Positions 35,278 through 45,198 of a stretch of 64,000 nucleotides of DNA are shown here, in pieces; the stretch's first letter is position 1; each line of letters starts with the position of its first letter. This DNA is from Myxococcota bacterium (GTDB lineage: Bacteria; Myxococcota; UBA4151), in assembly GCA_036338695.1 (NCBI GenBank), contig JAYZBQ010000042.1, positions 20,696-84,695 of the forward strand. Direction: 5' to 3'. Both the position numbers and the translations under genes were made by a program. The notes under the pieces were generated by a model. It did no database searches. It was given only the letters and a program-made list of their open reading frames with translations, and was not told the DNA's origin.

Positions 35278-37179
35278 ATGAGCGACCACGTCTTTCTCAT
35301 CATCGACGGCCAAACCAAAGGCCCCTTCTCGCAGCAGCAGATCCGCGACGGCCTGAGCTCAGGCACGATCAACCCCCAGACGCTCGGAGCACTCAGAGGC
35401 GGGGCGGAGTGGAAACCGGTCGCCGAAGTGCTCGACGACCTCGCTCAAGGTGCCGGTGCGCCCAGCGCGACGGAGAACCTGCTCGCTGCGCTGCGCGACC
35501 GGCTCCGTCAGCAAGGCCCGCTCGAGCGGCTCGGCTTATCAGGCGATCCTTCGCCGATGGTTGTCGACAAGACCTACCAACGCCTCAAGGCTCAACTCAA
35601 AGAGCGCTTAGCGAGCTCGCCCACGCCGCGCGGTAAAGCGCTGGCGAAGGAAGCGCTCACGTACCTGAAAGCGGCGGTCGAGCAACTGCGCGACCCGAAA
35701 GAGCGCTTCATCCTCAAGCGCGCTGCCGATCTGGGAGTGGATCCGGCGAAGGATGAGAACCGCAGCTACCTCTCCACGCTCTACTACCGCGACGAGGCTC
35801 AGGCGGCGTTTGATGCAGGGCGTATGAGTGAGGCGCTCGGCTTGTTCGACCAGCTGCTTGAACTCCAACCCGACAACGCTGACGCCGTCTGGCAGCGCGC
35901 CCTCGCCCTGTACCGCAGCGACCCACTGCGCACGCAGGAAGCGCTCAGCGAGCTCAAGCGCTGCTCCAGCACCTGGCCCGACAAAGTGGAGCCGGTCCGT
36001 AGCCTCGCCACCTTACACCTCGAGCTCGGACGGCGCGACGAGGCGAAATCGCTGGCGCGCTCGGCGCTCGAGATCGCCCCGAACGACGCAGAGTCCAAGC
36101 GACTCCTCGATATCCTCTCGGGTAAAATGTCCGCCAGCGCGGCGTCGTCCAGCGGACAACCCGACGTGTCGGGCGAGTTCGCAAACATCAAAGGTGAGGC
36201 CGCGACCAAGTCGAAAAAGCAACGTAAAAAGGGCTCAAAAAAGGCACCAAAAACGAAGGGCTCAGGGGGCGAATCATCGACAGACTCTCTTGGCTTTGCA
36301 AAAGTCGCGGTCGTCTGTGCGCTCGTGTTCGGCGGGCTCTTCCAGATGGCGCACCAGACCCCGGACTCATGCTTTCCACAGGGCGACCAAGAGTACTTCT
36401 TTCAGCCGGACACCTATTACGATTTTCGAGACCTGCAAGCCGAACAGCTCCCCGGCCAGGCCTGCGCGCCGAGCCTTCACCCCCCTGAAGGCAGCGGTTA
36501 CTTTATCCAGTTCGAAGCGCAGCTCGCGTGTGAGGAGAATCTGGAGGCGGACAACCCGTCCGTGTCTGCGGAGGCGGTGGCAGCCGAGTGCACCTCCATC
36601 CCCGTCGCATCGCCTGGCCACCCGCGGTCATCGGAGACCTCGTTCTTTTACGTTCGCCGCGGCATCTTACTCGGCGCCGGCATCTTATGCATTGCGCTCC
36701 TCGGATCCGGACGAAGCATCGGCGAGCGCTTTAAAAATCTAGGTTTTGAGCTCGACGGAACGGTGGGTGTTGCGCTTGGGTTCGGCCTGCTTGTCGGCTT
36801 TTTCTCCCCGCTCCAGTTTACCCTTGCGCCCCTTGGCACCTTGCTGGCGCTGACCGCGTTTCATGTGCTGTGCGAGGAGATATTTTTTCGAGGGTTTGTG
36901 ACCCGCAAGCTGCTCGACAGCTTTGCAACGCCGCTTGCGCCGGTGGTCCTATCGGGGCTGCTCTTCGGTGTGTACCATATCACCTTCACCAGCTTTTGGT
37001 GGATCACCCCGATGGCGATCCCAGCTTGGGTCGGGATGGTCACAATCGGCGCCGGTATACCGTACGCAGCCTTGTATGCGCGAAGTAACTCGATCCTGGT
37101 ACCGCTGGCAGCTCACCTCTGCGTCAACCTCTTGATGATGTTCCGATCACACGGCGCCGTGAGCGGCCTGTTGGCATAA
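35278..37179 (+). CDS. GYF_2, J-like helical region and TPRs fused to a CPBP (CAAX/Abi) intramembrane protease
   Basis: DGQTKGPFS...WKPV GYF_2 motif; TPRs; CPBP motifs EEIFFRG, FGVYH and AHLCVN. Confidence 0.85.
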   Translation: MSDHVFLIIDGQTKGPFSQQQIRDGLSSGTINPQTLGALRGGAEWKPVAEVLDDLAQGAGAPSATENLLAALRDRLRQQGPLERLGLSGDPSPMVVDKTYQRLKAQLKERLASSPTPRGKALAKEALTYLKAAVEQLRDPKERFILKRAADLGVDPAKDENRSYLSTLYYRDEAQAAFDAGRMSEALGLFDQLLELQPDNADAVWQRALALYRSDPLRTQEALSELKRCSSTWPDKVEPVRSLATLHLELGRRDEAKSLARSALEIAPNDAESKRLLDILSGKMSASAASSSGQPDVSGEFANIKGEAATKSKKQRKKGSKKAPKTKGSGGESSTDSLGFAKVAVVCALVFGGLFQMAHQTPDSCFPQGDQEYFFQPDTYYDFRDLQAEQLPGQACAPSLHPPEGSGYFIQFEAQLACEENLEADNPSVSAEAVAAECTSIPVASPGHPRSSETSFFYVRRGILLGAGILCIALLGSGRSIGERFKNLGFELDGTVGVALGFGLLVGFFSPLQFTLAPLGTLLALTAFHVLCEEIFFRGFVTRKLLDSFATPLAPVVLSGLLFGVYHITFTSFWWITPMAIPAWVGMVTIGAGIPYAALYARSNSILVPLAAHLCVNLLMMFRSHGAVSGLLA

Positions 37180-37223
37180 ACGAAGATTGTGCTTTGCTAT
37201 GAAACGCGGCAACAGGCGCTCAA

Positions 37224-37298
37224 GGGCCGGTAACTCAGTGGTAGAGTGTCGCCTTTACACGGCGGGTGTCGCTGGTTCGAACCCTGCCCGGCCCACCA
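37224..37298 (+). tRNA. tRNA-Val(TAC)
   Basis: GGGCCGG/CCGGCCC acceptor stem, anticodon arm TCGCC-TTTACAC-GGCGG, GGTTCGAACC, CCA. One T-T mismatch in the T-stem. Confidence 0.92.
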
Positions 37299-37304
37299 GG
37301 CTGG

Positions 37305-38090
37305 TCACGCTCGGCGCTCAGCGAGGCGTCGAGCGATGACCGCCATCCCAAAGACAGCGATCGCAAAGACGACGTAACCGGGTAGGTCGTGGACCCATCC
37401 GTCCCACGGGCCGCGCGCCACCCACCGACCGATCCAAACCGACAACGCAACGCGCACGCCGTTGACGACGACAGCTAGGACCGGCGCAGCCGCCAAAAAG
37501 ATCAGGTCATGACGCCAACTCAAGCCCGTGCCCAACAACAACAAGACCGCGCCCGTCAAAGCGAAGAGGCCTTCGACCTGATTGAGGCCAGCGCACTGCT
37601 CGTTGATACGAAGTGGTTCGTACCCCACCTGTCCGGCCGCCACGTTGTGGTGCGCAATGTCGCAAAAGCTCGCACAAGGGATCTTTAGATAGACGGTATC
37701 GCCGTGGAGCGCGTGGTTCAGCTCGTAACTCGGGTCAATCCCAGCCAGCGCACCACCGAGCTCGGCTGTAACCACCTGCAGCGGCCACTGAACAGACGCC
37801 GCGATCCACGGGTCCCAAGGCAGCGCAAGCAGCGCCATGACCACGGCAGGCCAGCGCTCGATGCGTCGCCATGCGATCCAAGCGACCGAAAAAACAGCGG
37901 CGGGCATCCAGAAGATGCCCGCAACAGTCACCAAACTGACCACCCCTCCCGGGATGGCGCTGGAGCGGTCCGAACCAGGCGCCCTGACCACGATCACGAG
38001 CAGTGCAAGCACCACCGCGATGCGAAAGGTCAGCAGCGGGTCGGCCGGCTCGAGCCAAATATGCCAGATCGTCGCCCCGCAGGCGACCAT
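37305..38090 (-). CDS. Exosortase/archaeosortase-family transpeptidase
   Basis: Multi-TM protein with the catalytic triad motifs INEQCAGL (Cys), NGVRV (Arg) and VHDLPG (His). Start moved to 38090 to clear the small upstream gene. Confidence 0.85.
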   Translation of the reverse strand: MVACGATIWHIWLEPADPLLTFRIAVVLALLVIVVRAPGSDRSSAIPGGVVSLVTVAGIFWMPAAVFSVAWIAWRRIERWPAVVMALLALPWDPWIAASVQWPLQVVTAELGGALAGIDPSYELNHALHGDTVYLKIPCASFCDIAHHNVAAGQVGYEPLRINEQCAGLNQVEGLFALTGAVLLLLGTGLSWRHDLIFLAAAPVLAVVVNGVRVALSVWIGRWVARGPWDGWVHDLPGYVVFAIAVFGMAVIARRLAERRA

Positions 38091-38113
38091 CCACTCAGCG
38101 AGCTGGCGGAGGC

Positions 38114-38281
38114 TCAGCGGCGAGCAGCCCAGAGGCTCGCTGCGCCAACGCCAAGCAGCCACAATGCGGCCGGCTCAGCGCCACCACCGCCGCCACCGCC
38201 GCCGCCGCCGCCGCCTGCAAACGCAGCAGCCGAGACAAGGACCAGCGCAAAGCCGAACACGGGTGCAAAGGTGCGAATCAT
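38114..38281 (-). CDS. 55-aa minimal PEP-CTERM-like protein (signal peptide, Gly12, AEP-TM-RR); not in the ORF track
   Basis: Hand translation MIRTFAPVFGFALVLVSAAAFA-GGGGGGGGGGGG-AEPAALWLLGVGAASLWAARR*. RBS GAGGAG 5 nt upstream; adjacent to the exosortase. Confidence 0.85.
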   Translation of the reverse strand: MIRTFAPVFGFALVLVSAAAFAGGGGGGGGGGGGAEPAALWLLGVGAASLWAARR

Positions 38282-38349
38282 GAGAACTCCTCTTCCGGCT
38301 TGTCTTGAGAGACATGCCCGTCATGTTTGGTCAACTGTTTCCTCTACGC

Positions 38350-38365
38350 CGCAAGACTTGTGCCA
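38350..38365 (-). promoter_or_regulatory. Sigma54 promoter for the mini-CTERM/exosortase pair
   Basis: TGGCAC-AAGTC-TTGCG matches TGGCAC-N5-TTGC. Confidence 0.75.
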
Positions 38366-38422
38366 GTGACGCAATTATGACGAAACCCCCCTACAAATGG
38401 GGTTCGAGTCCGACCCTCGACA

Positions 38423-38451
38423 CTCAAGTTGACAGAATTCGTCAACTTGAG
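38423..38451. promoter_or_regulatory. Perfect 11-bp inverted repeat; candidate enhancer-binding site or lon 3' hairpin
   Basis: CTCAAGTTGAC-AGAATTC-GTCAACTTGAG, about 60-85 bp upstream of the sigma54 box and 3 nt past the lon stop. Confidence 0.5.
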
Positions 38452-38453
38452 GC

Positions 38454-40787
38454 TCAAGCATCGACAGGCTCAGGCGCACGCACCGCTCGACTCGTGGGGT
38501 CACCCCATAACACCTCGAGCGCTTCGAAGTAGCTCGCCACAGGGACAAGCTCGAGCGTCGTCGTCAGCTTCTTTGGGAGCGCAGCGACCTCCGCTTGATT
38601 TCGCTCGGGATAGATCACCCGAACCAAACCTTGCCGCTGCGCAGCCAGCAGCTTCTCCCGCAAGCCACCGATGGGCAGAACCAAACCCGTCAGCGTGAGC
38701 TCGCCAGTGATCGCTGTATCGAGGGGTAAGGCTCGATCGCTGAACGCGCTCCAGGCGGCGAGCGCCAACGCGAGCCCGGCGCTTGGCCCCTCCTTAGGCT
38801 GCGCCCCTTCAGGCAAGTGATAGTAGAGGTCCAAGGCGCCAAAATTGACGTCGCTTAAACCCAGCCGCTGCGCGTGAGCACGCAAGAAACCCCACGCGAG
38901 CTCCGCCGACTCGCGCATGACCGCGCCGAGACTACCTGTGGCGTGGAGCCGACCGCTGCCAGCCACTTGCGCCACCTCAACGCGTAGCACGGAGCCGCCG
39001 ATCTCGCTCCAGGCAAGCCCGAGTGTCACCCCAGGCACCTGACCACCGCGCTGAGGAAGACGCATCGGCTTGGGCACCCCGAGGTATCGACTCACGCGCG
39101 CCAGGCTGAGGGTCTGTCGACCGTGTGTGCTGACGTGATCGCCGCCCCCACGCTCCAAGCACTCGACCGTTAAGCGACGCGCACAGCGGGCGAGCGCCCG
39201 ATCCAACTGTCGAACCCCCGCCTCCTCGGTGTAGGCGCGTACGATCTGAATGAGCGCCGGCTGCGTGACGTGAACTTGTCCCGGCGCAAAGCCCGCTTCA
39301 CGAAACTGCTTGGGCAGGAGAAAGCGCCTTGCGATCGCTACCTTCTCATCCTCTGAGTAGCCCGCTAAGCGCAGCACCTCGAGCCGGTCCAAGAGAGGCG
39401 GCGGTAGCCGAGACTCCTGATTCGCTGTACACAAGAAGACCACCTCGGACAGATCGACACCGAGCTCAAGGTAATGATCTCGGAAGCTGTGGTTCTGCTC
39501 CGGGTCCAGCACCTCGAGCAACGCCGAGGCCGGGTCACCACGCCGGTTCTGATCGAGCTTATCGATCTCGTCGAGCAACAGCACCGGGTTGCGGCTGTTG
39601 GCGCGCTGCAAAGCGGCGACGATGCGCCCTGGCATCGCTCCCACATACGTGCGGCGGTGACCACGGATCTGTGCTTCATCCGCCACTCCCCCTAAGGCGA
39701 CACGAACAAACTCTCGCCCCATCGCCTCTGCGGTCGACCGCGCCAGCGATGTTTTGCCTACACCGGGCGGTCCCACCAGGCACAACACCGGGCCGCCCGC
39801 CGTCGGGCTCTGTGAGCGCACCGCGAGATACTCAAGAATACGGGCCTTGGGCTCGTTGAGCCCATGATGTGCGCTATCCAAGATGGATGAGGCTTCGTCG
39901 AGCGCCAGCCGGTCCTCCGTGCAGCGCGCCCAGGGCACCTGCAAAACATGCTCAATCCACTGCCGCAGAATGTTCGCCTCAGCGCTCATGTCGTGCATGC
40001 GCTCAAGACGCCGGAGCTCTCGCTCAACTCGATCGCGCGCCGCATCGGGCAGCTCGGCCTCTGCAACCTCCGCCCGGAGTTCGTCCAGCTCGTCGCCTGG
40101 CTCACGCTGGTCTGTGCCCCGCTCACGCCCCCGAGCTGCTCGTCTGCGCGACTCGGCGCGCCGCTGCTCTTGCCGGTGTGATGCGAGCTCAACCTCCAGC
40201 GCTAAAGCGACCGCCCGTGCACGCGCCGCCAAGTCGAGCTCCTCCAGCAGCTCCTGACGCGCCAACGTGTCGAGGTAGAGCATCTGACACCCCCGGTCGA
40301 TGACGCGGTCAAAACGACTCTCCGAGACCAACTCCACCGTTGCATAGCGTTGGCTCACCAGACGATTCACCTCGTTGAGCTTGCTGATGATCAAACGCCG
40401 GGCGTCGCGACCTTGCGTCAAGGGAAGCGTCCCCTGCTCCAATCGCTCCACCATCGCAAAGTATCCGGCTGGGTCGCGATCAAACTCAGCCAGACGCAGC
40501 CGCCGCTCGACCACCAACTCGACCTCACGTGCCCCCTCGGCCGAGTCAGCGTCCACAACGCGGGCGATCCGAGCCTGTACACCGATCGTAAACACATCGG
40601 CAGCAACCGGGTCATCGACCCTGCGGTCCACCTGCGACACCAGCGCCAGCCTGTGCGTCTCGCTTACGCTCGCTGCGGCCAGCGCCTCGAGCGAAGCCTG
40701 ACGCCCCACCCGCAAGGTGGCGGTGGCACCCGGGAACAGCACCAGCTCGCGTAAGGGCAGAACCGGCAAACGCTCCGTTGCCGTCAT
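38454..40787 (-). CDS. lon: ATP-dependent Lon protease
   Basis: [13 protein letters not shown]-domain, [23 protein letters not shown] catalytic Ser, GGLREK. Confidence 0.95.
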   Translation of the reverse strand: MTATERLPVLPLRELVLFPGATATLRVGRQASLEALAAASVSETHRLALVSQVDRRVDDPVAADVFTIGVQARIARVVDADSAEGAREVELVVERRLRLAEFDRDPAGYFAMVERLEQGTLPLTQGRDARRLIISKLNEVNRLVSQRYATVELVSESRFDRVIDRGCQMLYLDTLARQELLEELDLAARARAVALALEVELASHRQEQRRAESRRRAARGRERGTDQREPGDELDELRAEVAEAELPDAARDRVERELRRLERMHDMSAEANILRQWIEHVLQVPWARCTEDRLALDEASSILDSAHHGLNEPKARILEYLAVRSQSPTAGGPVLCLVGPPGVGKTSLARSTAEAMGREFVRVALGGVADEAQIRGHRRTYVGAMPGRIVAALQRANSRNPVLLLDEIDKLDQNRRGDPASALLEVLDPEQNHSFRDHYLELGVDLSEVVFLCTANQESRLPPPLLDRLEVLRLAGYSEDEKVAIARRFLLPKQFREAGFAPGQVHVTQPALIQIVRAYTEEAGVRQLDRALARCARRLTVECLERGGGDHVSTHGRQTLSLARVSRYLGVPKPMRLPQRGGQVPGVTLGLAWSEIGGSVLRVEVAQVAGSGRLHATGSLGAVMRESAELAWGFLRAHAQRLGLSDVNFGALDLYYHLPEGAQPKEGPSAGLALALAAWSAFSDRALPLDTAITGELTLTGLVLPIGGLREKLLAAQRQGLVRVIYPERNQAEVAALPKKLTTTLELVPVASYFEALEVLWGDPTSRAVRAPEPVDA

Positions 40788-42028
40788 ACGGCCTCTGCGA
40801 GCTCTTCCCGAATCACAACCGGCGCTTCTTGCTCCAGCACCGTGCCCGGTGTGACCACCAACTTGGACACCGTCGGATCGCCCGGAAGATCAAACATCGG
40901 CTGCATCAGCGCCTCCTCGAGGATCGCTCGAAGCCCGCGTGCGCCCGTGCCGCGATCAAGCGCCTTCTCAGCGATCGCTTCGCAGGCTTCGTCGTCCACG
41001 ACGAGCTCAATCTCATCCATCTCAAACAGCGCCTGATACTGCCGCAGCAGCGCGTTGCGCGGCTCGCGCAGGATCCGCACAAGCCCCTCTTTTTGGAGCG
41101 GCTCAAGCGCCGCTGCCACCGGCAACCGGCCGACAAACTCAGGGATCAGGCCATAGGCTAAGAGATCCTCTTGCGTCACCTGGGCGAACAGCTCTGTGGA
41201 GGCTTCGACGCGCTTCGATTGGGCTCCAAACCCGATCTTAGCTCCGCCTAAGCGGCGCGCAATGATCTGCTCAAGCCCCGAAAACGCACCGCCGCAGATG
41301 AACAGGATCTGCGAGGTGTCCACGCGAAAAAAATCGCCATGCGGATGCTTGCGGCCGCCTTTTGTCGGGACCTGAGCGATCGTCCCTTCCATGATCTTGA
41401 GCAACGCTTGCTGCACGCCTTCCCCGCTGACGTCACGGGTGATCGACGTATTCTCAGACTTACGCGCCACCTTATCGATCTCATCGATGTAGACGATGCC
41501 ACGCTCTGCGCGCGCCACGTCGCCATCCGCTGCGTGCACGAGCGCGCCGATCACATTCTCCACGTCGTCACCAACATAGCCCGCTTCCGTCAGAGACGTG
41601 GCGTCAGCGATCGCAAAGGGGACGTCAAGGAAGCGCGACATCGTCCGAGCGAGATGGGTTTTCCCCGTGCCCGTCGGACCGATCAGTAAGATGTTGCTCT
41701 TTTCGAGCTCGACGTCGTCTTCGTCGGGCTCTTGCAACAGCTTGAGCCGCTGATAGTGGTTGTGCACCGCCACCGCGAGCACCTTTTTCGTGTGATCTTG
41801 ACCGACCACATACTCATCGAGCGCCGCCGTGATCTCAGAGGGCGGCGGCAGATCGCTCAGGATGTCTCGTTTTGCCGACGCCTCGGACCCAGAGTCCTCC
41901 AGCAAGTCGGCGCAGAGTTGAACGCATGAATCACAGATCTGAGCCCCTGGCCCGGCGATCAAGTGACGAACTTCAGCCTGAGCCTTTCGGCAGAAGCTGC
42001 AGGTCTTGGCGCGCCCTTCCTCGGTCAC
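40784..42028 (-). CDS. clpX: Clp protease ATPase subunit ClpX
   Basis: CSFC...C..C zinc finger, [21 protein letters not shown] and IGF loops. Confidence 0.97.
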   Translation of the reverse strand: MTEEGRAKTCSFCRKAQAEVRHLIAGPGAQICDSCVQLCADLLEDSGSEASAKRDILSDLPPPSEITAALDEYVVGQDHTKKVLAVAVHNHYQRLKLLQEPDEDDVELEKSNILLIGPTGTGKTHLARTMSRFLDVPFAIADATSLTEAGYVGDDVENVIGALVHAADGDVARAERGIVYIDEIDKVARKSENTSITRDVSGEGVQQALLKIMEGTIAQVPTKGGRKHPHGDFFRVDTSQILFICGGAFSGLEQIIARRLGGAKIGFGAQSKRVEASTELFAQVTQEDLLAYGLIPEFVGRLPVAAALEPLQKEGLVRILREPRNALLRQYQALFEMDEIELVVDDEACEAIAEKALDRGTGARGLRAILEEALMQPMFDLPGDPTVSKLVVTPGTVLEQEAPVVIREELAEAV

Positions 42029-42627
42029 GACGCCTCTTCCTCGTCACGCCGTGCGATCACTTGGTCGATCAAACCGTACGCTGCAGCCTCTTCCGCGCTC
42101 ATGTAGTAGTCGCGGTCAGAGTCTTCATGGATCTGCTCCACCGTCTTGCCGCTGGCTTCGGCGAGCAAACCGGCTAAAATTTCTTTGAGCTTCTGGATCT
42201 CTTGCGCCTGAATCTGGATGTCCGACGCCTGCCCCCGGGCACCTCCGAGCGGCTGGTGGATCATCACGCGGCTGTGCGGCAACGCCGAGCGCTTGCCCTT
42301 GGTACCTGCTGCGAGCAGCACGGCGCCCATCGAGGCGGCCTTGCCGTAACAGATCGTTGCGACGTCCGGCTTGACGTAGTTCATCGCATCGAGGATCGCT
42401 AAACCGTCGTCGACCACGCCGCCCGGGCTGTTGATCATCATGGTGATGTCGGCCTTCGGGTCCTGACTCTCCAAAAACAACAGCTGAGCGACCACCGAGT
42501 TGGCGACGTGTTCGTTGATGGCGCCGCCGATAAAGATCAGCCGATCCTTGAGCAAGCGCGACCAGATGTCATAGCTTCGCTCGCCGCGGTGGTCTTGTTC
42601 AATGACGATAGGGGTCAACAGGCTCAT
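42025..42627 (-). CDS. clpP: Clp protease proteolytic subunit
   Basis: [30 protein letters not shown]. Confidence 0.97.
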   Translation of the reverse strand: MSLLTPIVIEQDHRGERSYDIWSRLLKDRLIFIGGAINEHVANSVVAQLLFLESQDPKADITMMINSPGGVVDDGLAILDAMNYVKPDVATICYGKAASMGAVLLAAGTKGKRSALPHSRVMIHQPLGGARGQASDIQIQAQEIQKLKEILAGLLAEASGKTVEQIHEDSDRDYYMSAEEAAAYGLIDQVIARRDEEEAS

Positions 42628-43943
42628 GCTTCTTCTTCCTCGCTCGACTCGGCGGGCTCTTCGGTCGCCTCGGCGGCCTCACTCGGGCGGGCAGCGTCGA
42701 GCACGAAGGCCAGCGCCTTTCGTTGACGAAGCTCACCGACGATTTGTTCCATCACCTCAGGCCGGCGCAGCTGCGCCTGCACCTTCGCGAGCGGCTCGCC
42801 GCTGCGCTGGGCGAGCGCTACCATCTCATTAGCGACGTCCTGCGGGCCGGGCTGCAGGTCCTCGGCGTCTGCGATCTCGTCGAGCAGCAGACCCGCCTGG
42901 ACCGAGCGAAGCGCCTGTGGCCGCATCTGGTCACGGAACGCGTCGAGGTCCACGCCCATGTCTTTGAGCTGGTCTGGGCTGACGCCTGGCATGGCGCGCG
43001 CCAAGCTGGAATCGAGCTGCCGCTGCACCAGCCCCATCGGCACCTCAAAGGGGTTCGCATCGATCAGCGCCTCGAGCACTGCGTCCTCGAACTGGCGCTC
43101 GCTATTTTGCTTCGCCATCGCCTCGAGCCGCTCCTTCACGGCGGTCGTCAGCGCCTCCAAATCCTCCGCCTCAAACCCCTTGGCGAACGCATCATCAAGC
43201 TCGGGCAAGGTGGCCGTCTCGAGCTTCTCGACGGAGAAGCTGTGCTTGACGACTTCGCCCGCAAGGTCAGGGTTGGCGTTGTCCTCGGAGAAGGTGATGT
43301 CGGCTTCGACCGTTTCGCCGACCTTCGCGCCGAGCAGCGCCGCGCGGATTTGCTCTTCGAGGTCGGGATCGCCGAGGTAGAAGGAGCGCTCCTCGCCGTC
43401 AGCGAGCTGCTTGTCCCCTTGGAAGGCGTCAAACTTCACCGTGACCTTGTGGCTGTCGGTAGCGGCTGCGCCCTCGTCAGCCTCAGCGTACTCAGCTTTC
43501 GACTGCCGCAGACGCTGAAGCTCGCCTTGGACGTCGTCGTCGCCGATCACTTTGGTCTCGGCGATGATGTCAAACCCGCTGATCTTCTTAAGCTCGATCT
43601 CAGGACGCACCTCGACGGTGATCGCAAAGCGAAACGGCTGGCCTTCATGGCAACTCGGTTGCCCCTCAACCTGAGGGGGCGTCACGGGCTGCAGCGCCTC
43701 TTGCTGAACCGCCTCGCGGTAGGCGCGCTCGATGATCACCTCCGAGACCTCGTGCACCACCTGGCTCTGGATCTGCTTCTTGATCCGCCGGACCGGCACC
43801 TTGCCTGGACGGAACCCAGGCAACCGCGCACGCGCCGCATAGGCTCTATACGCATTGTTGAGTTCACGATCGCACTCTGAAGCGCTCACCTCGAAATTGA
43901 GGCGCAGTTCGACAGGGCCTAAACGCTCTACGTTCACTTCCAC
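42624..43943 (-). CDS. tig: Trigger factor
   Basis: PGFRPGKVP ribosome-binding motif; position upstream of clpP-clpX-lon. Confidence 0.93.
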   Translation of the reverse strand: MEVNVERLGPVELRLNFEVSASECDRELNNAYRAYAARARLPGFRPGKVPVRRIKKQIQSQVVHEVSEVIIERAYREAVQQEALQPVTPPQVEGQPSCHEGQPFRFAITVEVRPEIELKKISGFDIIAETKVIGDDDVQGELQRLRQSKAEYAEADEGAAATDSHKVTVKFDAFQGDKQLADGEERSFYLGDPDLEEQIRAALLGAKVGETVEADITFSEDNANPDLAGEVVKHSFSVEKLETATLPELDDAFAKGFEAEDLEALTTAVKERLEAMAKQNSERQFEDAVLEALIDANPFEVPMGLVQRQLDSSLARAMPGVSPDQLKDMGVDLDAFRDQMRPQALRSVQAGLLLDEIADAEDLQPGPQDVANEMVALAQRSGEPLAKVQAQLRRPEVMEQIVGELRQRKALAFVLDAARPSEAAEATEEPAESSEEEEA

Positions 43944-43984
43944 TGAAAATTCTCCCGACGACGCTGCGGTCGTCTTTCATCGAT

Positions 43985-44069
43985 TGGTACGAGCGAAGGG
44001 ACTCGAACCCCCACGAGTTGCCTCACCAGGACCTAAACCTGGCGCGTCTACCAATTCCGCCACGCTCGC
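43985..44069 (-). tRNA. tRNA-Leu(TAG)
   Basis: Reverse complement GCGAGCG...CCAGG-TTTAGGT-CCTGG...GGTTCGAGTCC..CGCTCGTACCA. Confidence 0.96.
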
Positions 44070-44129
44070 TCTGTCCGCTGCTCTTGCAAGCCCTCACCGG
44101 GCAAATCAAGCAAACAAATCAGAACCGAC

Positions 44130-45053
44130 TCAGGCGTTCGTTACTGCGCTCAGCGCAGCAATGGTCTGTAAGGCGAGGTCCGGCCCGCCGGCGGCGAGGA
44201 TCTCCTCCACTCCGGTTGGGCTGGTCACGTTGATTTCGGTCAGTCGACCGCCGATCAGGTCGATCCCGACAAAAAAGAGTCCGTGCTCACGAAGGAAGGG
44301 CGCGAGCGCTGAGCAGACGCGGCGGTCGCTCTCCGACACCGGCACCCATTCAGCCTGTGCGCCCACGTGCATATTGCAGCGGTGATCATCGGGGCCGGCG
44401 ACCCGATTGAGGACCCCCAGCGGTTCGCCGTCGATCAACAGCACGCGCCGGTCGCCGTCAGCGACCTCTGGTAGATAAGCTTGAATCATCAGAGCGACCT
44501 CAGCGGCGCAGCTCATCTCGATGAGCGAATTGAGGTTCCGATCCTCGGCATCGAGCACCAGCACCCCGCGGCCGCCGTTGCCATCGAGCGGCTTGATCAC
44601 CGCCCGCTGGTGCCGCGTCACAAAGGCGCGCAGGTGGTCAGGGTCCCCAGACACCATGGTCTCGGGGATGAGCTCGGGGAACCGCAGGATCAGCGTCTTC
44701 TCGTTCGCCCAGGTCAGACTACTTGGCGAGTTCACAACCCGGACGCCTTGCTGTGCGGCGGCGTCGAGGAGCCACAAACCCGCCATGTAGGCGGCGTCAA
44801 CCGGTGGATCGGTCCGCACAAACACCAGGCTCTGTGATGCGATCGGCCGCCACGTCCCCTCGTTGAGCGTCTGCGCTTCATCAAAGGGCCGAATCCGAGC
44901 GAACAAGGCGTCGCCTCGCCACTCGAGCTCACGCATCAGGCACCAGTTCGAGCGATGCCCAAGTAGACGGCTCGAGCGAGCGAGCGCCAGGGTCGTATCA
45001 GCGCCCGGAATCAACTGATCGACGGGGTCACAGATGTACAAGTGCTCGGCCAA
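44130..45053 (-). CDS. gshB: Glutathione synthetase
   Basis: DTTLAL, RTDPP, VNSP...NEK, KPLDGNGG.G, GDRRVLL, EINVTSPTG. Confidence 0.93.
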   Translation of the reverse strand: MAEHLYICDPVDQLIPGADTTLALARSSRLLGHRSNWCLMRELEWRGDALFARIRPFDEAQTLNEGTWRPIASQSLVFVRTDPPVDAAYMAGLWLLDAAAQQGVRVVNSPSSLTWANEKTLILRFPELIPETMVSGDPDHLRAFVTRHQRAVIKPLDGNGGRGVLVLDAEDRNLNSLIEMSCAAEVALMIQAYLPEVADGDRRVLLIDGEPLGVLNRVAGPDDHRCNMHVGAQAEWVPVSESDRRVCSALAPFLREHGLFFVGIDLIGGRLTEINVTSPTGVEEILAAGGPDLALQTIAALSAVTNA

Positions 45054-45198
45054 CGGCGTCTCCTAATCGGCGCACCTAGCTGTATCTCAGTTCGTCGGAT
45101 GCCGCCAACAATCCGTTGACCAAAGCGCCTCATCGAAATGGTGGTCTCTTGAGCCAGATTTCGTTAAGCGCTCTCTCCCTAGGGGAGTAGCCGGCGCG

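Noticed and set aside
37224..37298. tRNA-Val as a pseudogene because of a T-T mismatch in the T-stem
   Set aside because: All other arms, the conserved bases and the CCA end are intact.
38180..38215. (CCG)n tract as a poly-Pro plus-strand protein or a plain microsatellite
   Set aside because: The minus-strand frame gives a coherent RBS, signal peptide, Gly12 and CTERM gene. The plus-strand ORF is a shadow of the exosortase.
38398..38412. GGGGTTCGAGTCC resembling a tRNA T-arm or att remnant
   Set aside because: Only about 13 nt, no acceptor stem or CCA, does not match the neighbouring tRNA-Val 3' end, and no integrase is present.
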